Assembly: GCA_964590575.1 (NCBI GenBank)
Contig: CAZPWM010000088.1
Coordinates: 1-13,238 of the forward strand
Length of the DNA stretch: 13,238 bases
Reading direction: 5' to 3'
From: an uncultured archaeon
GTDB lineage: Archaea; Asgardarchaeota; Thorarchaeia; Thorarchaeales; Thorarchaeaceae
Shown: in pieces, positions 7,142 to 13,238 of the stretch
How positions within the stretch are numbered: position 1 is the stretch's first letter
Layout: each line of letters begins with the position of its first letter
The notes under the pieces: model-generated
Database searches by the model: none
Told to the model about the DNA's origin: nothing
What the model saw: only the letters and a program-made list of their open reading frames with translations
Program-made: the position numbers and the translations under genes

Positions 7142-8077
7142 TTAGAGTAGTTTCTTGTAGGGATGGTTATCTGGAGGACCTATACCAAACTCAAGTTCCA
7201 ATGACTCAGCAGTAAAGATATCGCCCATTGCAATAACAGGAAACACACGCTCAGCATTCTCAATAGGGCCATAGAGTATAAAATCAGCCCCCATCATCTG
7301 GACTATGAGATTTGACGCAGCATCAGCAGTCAAGAAACTTTCACGGTTGACTTTCTTGTATTTTCGTAACCACGGCCAAGAGGATGGAGCATTATGTACG
7401 CCCGAACCAGTGGGTTGTCCATAAACTGTCTTCGATACAAAAGTAAATGCAGCGGCAGATCCAGCACCAGCGCCCATCGCTGTAACAGCAGTGTCAATAA
7501 GAGGTTTGATAATGCCTAACTCTTTGGCAATATCAAGAAGGCCTTTTTTGAGTGTGAGGACACCTTCTTCTAAGACAGCTCTTCTTCCTGCAATCGAAGG
7601 GTCTTGCGGATTAAATGCAAGAAGTAGTGCACACTCGTGGTGGATATCTCGTAGTGCTTCTATCTCTTCCTCCGTAGCGGACACATTGAGAGAATTATAG
7701 ATTGCTCGATCTAAGAGACCAACCTCTTCAGCATGCCTTAGGCCTGCAATTCGGACCATCGGTTCTGTTGAGTCAATGAGAAAGGGAGCTGCAGTAAGGT
7801 CTGCTACAAAATCAATGTATTTCTTTAAGGCGCCTTCAGATTCAGAAAAAATCTGAACAAGAGCTGGATTACCTGTGATGGTGGACATCTCGTCCTGTTT
7901 CTGAACCAGGGAAGTGGCGATGGCTTTGTCAAACACTCCCTTCTTTGCATCAGTAACTATCTTGTGACCACTATAGAAGATGGTTCCAGCTAAGACAGTC
8001 GAGGTCTCTCCGGGATTGCCTCCGATTTTGACTCCACCAATTGTGTGGATTACCTGTTCTTTCTCAAATACGAACAT
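7142..8077 (-). CDS. mtrH: MtrH-family methyl-pterin:corrinoid methyltransferase, copy 1 (canonical-like)
   Basis: 'MFVFEKEQ....IGGVKIGG.PGE..TVLAGTIFY.GHKIV.D...G.FDK', 'PFLIDST', 'IYNSLN', 'LIDTA', 'PTGSGVHNAPSSW.WL', 'GADFILYGPIENA'. GGGAGG SD. Confidence 0.9.
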   Translation of the reverse strand: MFVFEKEQVIHTIGGVKIGGNPGETSTVLAGTIFYSGHKIVTDAKKGVFDKAIATSLVQKQDEMSTITGNPALVQIFSESEGALKKYIDFVADLTAAPFLIDSTEPMVRIAGLRHAEEVGLLDRAIYNSLNVSATEEEIEALRDIHHECALLLAFNPQDPSIAGRRAVLEEGVLTLKKGLLDIAKELGIIKPLIDTAVTAMGAGAGSAAAFTFVSKTVYGQPTGSGVHNAPSSWPWLRKYKKVNRESFLTADAASNLIVQMMGADFILYGPIENAERVFPVIAMGDIFTAESLELEFGIGPPDNHPYKKLL

Positions 8078-8082
8078 GTGTC

Positions 8083-8769
8083 CTAAACCTCCCTTCCAAA
8101 GAGGATTGTACCGGTTTCATCACCTTGCATTTCAATGATAGCTGATGAGGGGTTTTCTGATACAATACCATTTGATTGATGGCGCTTTACAAGAGAGCTC
8201 GACAACTCGAAAACGACGCCATATTCGGGCAGGAGTATCACATCAGCCCCCATTAATCGCGTTGGTGATTTCCTAGCGGCAACTTTGAATTCCACCCACA
8301 TGGCTCCTTTGGTGTATTCCCCCGGATTCTCAGCACTTAGATCTCTAGATTTGGTATCTAATATTGCGGGGTCACTTGTGTTAATCATATCAACTAGTTC
8401 GATTTGATCTCTGAATTGCTCTATCCCTTCTAAGGGTATATTCTCGATATACGGAATTGCACCCTCAGCGTTGATTATCTTCCGAGTTGTCGGGTCGACG
8501 CCATTTTGGTAGAGCGCCCTCATTGAGCGACCTGTGAAATGACCAGGAACTTCAGGTCCAGCTAAAATTAGATATCGTATCTTGGGATTTGAAATGACAT
8601 TGATAATAACTCGTTCAATACCAATATTTTCAGTCTTACAAGTGCCGATGATGGCATACTCTGTGTCCACACTAATCTTCTTACCAAGCGTGCATATTGC
8701 GACACAATGAGAGGGGTTTCCAATCTCAAAATCTCCTGATATAGGAGGCCAATTGTGATCGCTGCTCAT
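8083..8769 (-). CDS. mtrA: MtrA/MtxA-like corrinoid protein, soluble (no C-terminal TM helix)
   Basis: 'WPPISGDF.IGNP...VAICTL', 'G.CKTENIGIERVI.NVISNP.IRYLILAG.EV.GH.TG.S' (H77 matches the Co-ligand His), 'I.AEGAIPYIEN'. The C-terminal ~65 aa has no hydrophobic helix. Confidence 0.88.
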   Translation of the reverse strand: MSSDHNWPPISGDFEIGNPSHCVAICTLGKKISVDTEYAIIGTCKTENIGIERVIINVISNPKIRYLILAGPEVPGHFTGRSMRALYQNGVDPTTRKIINAEGAIPYIENIPLEGIEQFRDQIELVDMINTSDPAILDTKSRDLSAENPGEYTKGAMWVEFKVAARKSPTRLMGADVILLPEYGVVFELSSSLVKRHQSNGIVSENPSSAIIEMQGDETGTILFGREV

Positions 8770-8786
8770 TGTGTTTTTTCACGCTC

Positions 8787-9704
8787 CTATTCGTATGTTG
8801 GCGGATCAAATATCAATCTGTCAATGTTTAATGCTCTACTTGCCTCAGCTCCAGCTGATGCCATGGCATTCCCAATCAAAGCCACTGCAGTGAAAACTTC
8901 CTTTGTATGAATCATAGACCCATACATGACAGAGTCTGCGGCAAAGAGCTGGGCTGCAACTGTTGACGCTACTAGGGCTGCAACCTGAATGGATTCATCA
9001 TCGAGTCCAGGTTGTCTAATGAACCTCCATGCTGAGGGGGCGTTATGCGGCCCTAGACATGTAGGAAGACCCAATTCTGATTTTATTGCCAGCGTGGTTC
9101 TGTATTCAAGGCCATAACCAGCACCGACAGGCATCGTCGCGGGATCTATGAGAACTTTCTCAATACCTAGAAATTCAGAGAGAGTAAGCACATCCTTAAT
9201 GGTTTCCATTCTATCAGGTAGTGTCATGGCTCGTGGAGACCATCCCAGGACTACTGCCATGTTTATTGAACTGTTCTTCAGAATATCCTTTTCATCATCC
9301 TTCATCGAGAGGTTGATTGAATTGTAGATTGTTCTCTCAGAAAGTCCAGACTCATCACAGTATTCGATAGCTCGCATACGTGCCTTAGCATTTGTGGATT
9401 CAAACATGAATGGACCATCAAAGTTGTCAGCTAGCCAAGAGAGATGATTCTCCATGGCAACAGGAGTTCGCCCATATGCTTGGATGATAAGAGGGTGACC
9501 TGTCTTTTCGACCATGGATAATCCAGTGTCTATCCATTGTTTTGCAGTAGTCTTGTCGAAAATGCCTTCCCTTGTGTTTTCCATTATCGGTTGACCCTTG
9601 AAGAATAAACCACCAATTAGAACGGTTGGATGTTCTCCGGGATGACCACCAATGGGTATACTTCCGAAATCGAATACTTGTTGTTCCTTCTTGAAGACGA
9701 ACAT
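8787..9704 (-). CDS. mtrH: MtrH-family methyltransferase, copy 2 (divergent)
   Basis: 'MFVFKKEQQVFDFG.I.IGG.PGE.PTVLIG.LF', 'G.FDK', 'IYNSIN', 'LIDPA', 'GPHNAPSAW', 'AD..MYG'. ATG 9704 is preceded by a GAGGTGA SD that contains the metF stop, and it aligns with the copy 1 start. Confidence 0.85.
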   Translation of the reverse strand: MFVFKKEQQVFDFGSIPIGGHPGEHPTVLIGGLFFKGQPIMENTREGIFDKTTAKQWIDTGLSMVEKTGHPLIIQAYGRTPVAMENHLSWLADNFDGPFMFESTNAKARMRAIEYCDESGLSERTIYNSINLSMKDDEKDILKNSSINMAVVLGWSPRAMTLPDRMETIKDVLTLSEFLGIEKVLIDPATMPVGAGYGLEYRTTLAIKSELGLPTCLGPHNAPSAWRFIRQPGLDDESIQVAALVASTVAAQLFAADSVMYGSMIHTKEVFTAVALIGNAMASAGAEASRALNIDRLIFDPPTYE

Positions 9705-9708
9705 TGCT

Positions 9709-10641
9709 TCACCTCTCTCCTTTCGGTCTTGGGTATAATCCAGCACCTTTGACTATTGCGACTATACTTTCAGGCCATCCGACACCCATAAGATGCAATC
9801 CATTGATACCATCAATCCCACGGATTAAGTCAATGGTTTCAAGTGCGATTTGAATACCTTCCGCTTTCATCGCAATCATACTAGCATCTTCATTAAGGCC
9901 TCTACCGGCATCATCAAGACGTTTAATGAACTTATCAGGGACTTGTATTCCTGGAACGAACGTGTTCATGAACTTAGCCATCTCCGAGTCTCGAAGGGGT
10001 ATGACACCAGCCAGAACTATAAAATCCGAATCAACACGATTCATGAAATCTTCGAGTCGTGATGGGTCGAATATGGCTTGGGTCTGAAAGAACTGAGCTC
10101 CTGCCTCTCGCTTCTTTTGAGTTCGTTGCACATGTTCATCGATTGGATCATCATTCGGATTGATTGTGGCGCCAAGAAAGAACTCGGGTATTCCTTCCAA
10201 CTCATCCCCAGCATAGTCTAACCCACTTGAAAGATGTTTAGCCATGGAGAGGGTTTCAAGAGTATCTAAATCGTAGACCATCTTTGCGTCGGGATGTGAC
10301 CCAAATCGAGCAGGGTCACCAGCCATGAACAGGATATTCCTGACTCCCAGTGCGAAAGCTCCATAGAGGTCACTCTGAAGGGAAATCCGATTCCGATCCC
10401 TTGTGGTTATGTGTAAGACTGGTTCTGCTCCTGCTTGAAGGACATAATGGGCACATACTGTGCTACTCATTGTTGGAACTCCTCGGGCATTGTCAGGTAT
10501 ATTGATAGCATCACAAAACTCGCGGACCATCTCAACACGCTCGATGAGTATAGAGGAGTCTGCTCCATGAGGTGCACCAATCTCACCTGTGACTACGAAT
10601 TCGCCTCTATCAAGCAAATGTTTGAAACGTGTATCTTGCAG
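9709..10641 (-). CDS. metF: Methylenetetrahydrofolate reductase MetF (anaerobe type)
   Basis: 'FVVTGEI', 'AINIPDN', 'EPVLHITTRDRNRISLQSDL.GA.ALGVRNIL...GD', 'HPDAK.VYDLD', 'K..AGAQFFQTQ.IFD', 'AGVIPL', 'GLHLM'. Start uncertain: TTG 10617 (track) or in-frame CTG 10641. Confidence 0.88.
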   Translation of the reverse strand: MQDTRFKHLLDRGEFVVTGEIGAPHGADSSILIERVEMVREFCDAINIPDNARGVPTMSSTVCAHYVLQAGAEPVLHITTRDRNRISLQSDLYGAFALGVRNILFMAGDPARFGSHPDAKMVYDLDTLETLSMAKHLSSGLDYAGDELEGIPEFFLGATINPNDDPIDEHVQRTQKKREAGAQFFQTQAIFDPSRLEDFMNRVDSDFIVLAGVIPLRDSEMAKFMNTFVPGIQVPDKFIKRLDDAGRGLNEDASMIAMKAEGIQIALETIDLIRGIDGINGLHLMGVGWPESIVAIVKGAGLYPRPKGER

Positions 10642-10701
10642 TTCATAAATCTCCAGTAATTCCTGCTATGACTGGTGGGTGTTCCCCTAAATTGCTTTTG
10701 T

Positions 10702-12540
10702 CTAGATTAATCGGACATCAAACTTTTTCCTCACAACAAATGAACCCACAATGATTGTCACAACTGTTGATGTTGAGAAGATCAACAGGAATTCAAGTGA
10801 CGGGAAGGGAGGTGGAGGACTACCATTTGAAGTGGGAGGTGGGGAAGAAATATTTCCGGGGATCCAATGATACTTGGAATTTTTTGTAAGCTCGTAGTAC
10901 TCACCAACAACAAAGTCGGTTAAGATGAATGGTCCGCAAGTCACATGAGGTTCTTCAGGGTTGAACACTGGCTCCCAGGTGTTCCACCCCTCGTAGCCAA
11001 TACCAGCACCAGGCTCGAAGATGTGCTTTGGAATAATGTACTCGTAGGCAATATTGAAAAAATTCCAATATGACTCCGTGCTGAACTCAATTACTACCCT
11101 GTATGGCGTGGGGGCGTACGCGACCACAAGACCGCTAATTCTGTTGACACTTCTGTTGACGTAATTAAAGGTAAATGCGATATCCTCAGCTGTCAGAGGT
11201 TCACCATCACTCCAACTTGCGTTCTGAATGATATCAAAGGTGAAACGCATATGGTATAATGGGAATATGGTTACGCTAGAATGATTGCTCTGTATTTCAA
11301 CAAGCTTAGATTCTACTAGGTTTGGAATTGGGTTCATGTTGGGATCGTGAGAATATAGTGATGAGTACAGATTCTCAAAAATCATGTATGAATAATAAGA
11401 GTATATAGTGTAGATGTTGAAGCTGATTGGGTCTCGGCTAATTGCGACGTTAATCGTACCACCACAGGTATTACAGATTTTTTGAATTTTTCTCAAAGTC
11501 CATGGACCGGATATATATCGTTCGAGGTCCTCAACATGACCCTCGAACTTGTCAGTCCTATATCCTTGCATGATAGTATTTTGACACGCTACTAGTATTG
11601 GAACATTGTAGTGCAGGATCTTCTGCATCTCAGTTGAAGCTTCAGAAACCTCTTCGTATGTTTTCCCGTTGCGGAATTGGCGTATCCAAGAGTCATACGT
11701 GTCATTCCTAAAATTGGACGGATTATGATAGGGAAGGGCTACGTACCCGCTCCCGTATTGAGAAACCAACCAGTCTATATCATCATAATCGACACCCATA
11801 CTATATGCCATCATGTCAAAATTATCATTTTCAGGCGGCACGGGAGGATACCAGAAATCTAATGGTTCACAATCTGCACTCACATTTAGAGAGTGGAGAG
11901 CTTCGACAGCAATATTTGCGATTTCGAAATGTACGTCGCCAAATCTCCATTCATAAAGAACTGAAACAGAAAACGGAATGCCATTCGGTGCATCTCTGAA
12001 CCCTGTGATGTTATTTATAGTGAATCCCAGCTCATCTAGGATTGTGTTTCCAATCTCAGGTTCTGCGTCATAGTAGTGAAAATCAAAGAGGTCTTCTGCA
12101 CACCATCGATTGACAGAGGGCACTAACGAATCATGGAGTGATGCGTGTCCGCCAAAGATTTCATACATGACTTTGGTCTTGTTGAATGCAAAAGCAAAAG
12201 ACCGTCTAAACCCACTGATGTTGAAAGGATAACGATTACAGTTAATTATGATAGCCCAGTAACCGTTTCTAGAAAATTCAGCTACATCAATATCCGGATC
12301 TGCACTGAGGGTAGACAGATTAGGGGGTTCGATGAAACCAATATCCATATCGATTTCTCCAGTTTGAAGGGCTTGTATTCTCAATTCATAATCATCGATA
12401 ACTTTGTAGACAACCTTGTCAACATATGGTCCATGCTGTAAGTCATCTCGGACTTCAACTGAAACTGTGTTAGATGACTGTAGAAAGATGATCAAGAAAA
12501 TACAACAGAGTGCTACGGCACTCTGTGAACACCTCAACAC
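10702..12540 (-). CDS. Family 5 (Opp/Dpp/Nik) ABC solute-binding protein, membrane-anchored, circularly permuted
   Basis: N-terminal signal peptide; SBP5 motifs 'ALQTGEIDM', 'FRRSFAFAFNK', 'MQKIL..NVP.L', 'PNLVES', 'WSDGEPLTAEDIAFTF', 'TCGPF.L......Y.L.KN..Y'; C-terminal Pro/Ser linker, TM helix and RKK tail. Confidence 0.85.
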   Translation of the reverse strand: MLRCSQSAVALCCIFLIIFLQSSNTVSVEVRDDLQHGPYVDKVVYKVIDDYELRIQALQTGEIDMDIGFIEPPNLSTLSADPDIDVAEFSRNGYWAIIINCNRYPFNISGFRRSFAFAFNKTKVMYEIFGGHASLHDSLVPSVNRWCAEDLFDFHYYDAEPEIGNTILDELGFTINNITGFRDAPNGIPFSVSVLYEWRFGDVHFEIANIAVEALHSLNVSADCEPLDFWYPPVPPENDNFDMMAYSMGVDYDDIDWLVSQYGSGYVALPYHNPSNFRNDTYDSWIRQFRNGKTYEEVSEASTEMQKILHYNVPILVACQNTIMQGYRTDKFEGHVEDLERYISGPWTLRKIQKICNTCGGTINVAISRDPISFNIYTIYSYYSYMIFENLYSSLYSHDPNMNPIPNLVESKLVEIQSNHSSVTIFPLYHMRFTFDIIQNASWSDGEPLTAEDIAFTFNYVNRSVNRISGLVVAYAPTPYRVVIEFSTESYWNFFNIAYEYIIPKHIFEPGAGIGYEGWNTWEPVFNPEEPHVTCGPFILTDFVVGEYYELTKNSKYHWIPGNISSPPPTSNGSPPPPFPSLEFLLIFSTSTVVTIIVGSFVVRKKFDVRLI

Positions 12541-12604
12541 AAACCACCACCTAATAATGGGGAATGAAAGATTTTATGGTTATGGTTAAACCAGGAACAC
12601 GATT

Positions 12605-13237
12605 TCACTGAGTACCAAGGCGGCGTAAATTGCCATCTGAAAGATTCCTCTCTAACTTCTGAGCTACCTCAATGCTAAGATTGGCGACAACCTGAATATT
12701 CTCACCAGCATACTTTTCACTCACAATATCCCCTTCTTCATGCAACCATGACAGAATAGACATCCCTTCATCACCGTAGGGCAGAAGTATCTCATATTTA
12801 TTTAGAAACGGCAACTCCTGTTTCACAGTTTCTATCAAGAGATTGAGATTTGTTTTTTGATGTGCGGATATTGGTACGACTATGGCACAAGTGGTTGGAA
12901 GGGCTAATCTTCGGTCCTCAATCTCTTGCTCATCAAGCAGGTCGATCTTGTTAAGGGCGGTGATAATCGGAATCCCGTTCGCCTCTATTTCATTAAAAGT
13001 TTCAAAGCATGACTCAACTTTGCGTTGCATTTCTTCAATTGGGTCTGCGGCATCAACGACCAGTACTATAATATCTGCGTCAGCGACCTCCATAAGTGTC
13101 GTATTGAATGCTTGAAGTAGTGTTTTGGGAAGATCACTGATGAAACCCACAGAATCTGAGAGGACTACACGACGGCCTGGCAGGTCTAACTCACTAGCCT
13201 TAGTAGCGAGGGTTGTGAATAGTTCATCTTTAACTTC
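12605..13237 (-). CDS. hflX: GTPase HflX (3' part; 5' end lies beyond the window)
   Basis: The frame is open to the window edge: EVKDELFTTL (G2), 'LSDSVGFISDLP..L..AF..TL.E...AD....VVD' (G3), NKID (G4), ISA (G5), plus a C-terminal domain. Confidence 0.9.
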   Translation of the reverse strand, partial: EVKDELFTTLATKASELDLPGRRVVLSDSVGFISDLPKTLLQAFNTTLMEVADADIIVLVVDAADPIEEMQRKVESCFETFNEIEANGIPIITALNKIDLLDEQEIEDRRLALPTTCAIVVPISAHQKTNLNLLIETVKQELPFLNKYEILLPYGDEGMSILSWLHEEGDIVSEKYAGENIQVVANLSIEVAQKLERNLSDGNLRRLGTQ

Positions 13238-13238
13238 G

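Noticed and set aside
7142-9704. Evidence for methanogenesis or a sodium-pumping Mtr complex
   Set aside because: No mtrBCDEFG or mcr genes are in the window, and MtrA lacks its membrane anchor.
9705-9746. Track start of mtrH copy 2 at 9746
   Set aside because: It overlaps metF. ATG 9704 has a GAGGTGA SD and aligns with the paralog start.
11139-11160. Direct repeat TTCTGTTGAC x2 with 12-nt period
   Set aside because: It is an in-frame micro-duplication (VNRS-VNRI) inside the SBP gene, not a CRISPR array or mobile-element end.
1075-13115. Short ORFs antisense to the called genes (e.g. 1075-1479, 2830-3147, 4145-4513, 6287-6610, 12145-12441)
   Set aside because: They are shadows of well-supported genes on the opposite strand and carry no family motifs.

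Overview
Gene-dense archaeal window, most plausibly from an Asgard archaeon (Thorarchaeia-like; inferred from a Rab-like small GTPase start plus archaeal PolB2, Mtr and Cof genes). On the left are a partial Ras/Rab-like GTPase (-), a PNPOx/PPOX-family flavin/F420-binding protein (+) and a PPB2-polB2 operon (+) preceded by a 163-bp spacer rich in inverted repeats. The right side is all minus strand: partial hflX, an orphan family-5 solute-binding protein whose domains are circularly permuted, a tightly packed one-carbon operon metF-mtrH'-mtrA(soluble)-mtrH-mmp14(ASKHA ATPase)-cofE, and larC. The best candidate for a new system is that operon. It has no membrane Mtr subunits, but two divergent pterin methyltransferases flank a soluble corrinoid carrier next to a folate enzyme, which suggests a soluble methyl shuttle between the H4MPT and H4folate pools with its own corrinoid reactivase. 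All family calls come from recognised motifs, not database searches. No rRNA, tRNA, CRISPR array or transposase was seen.
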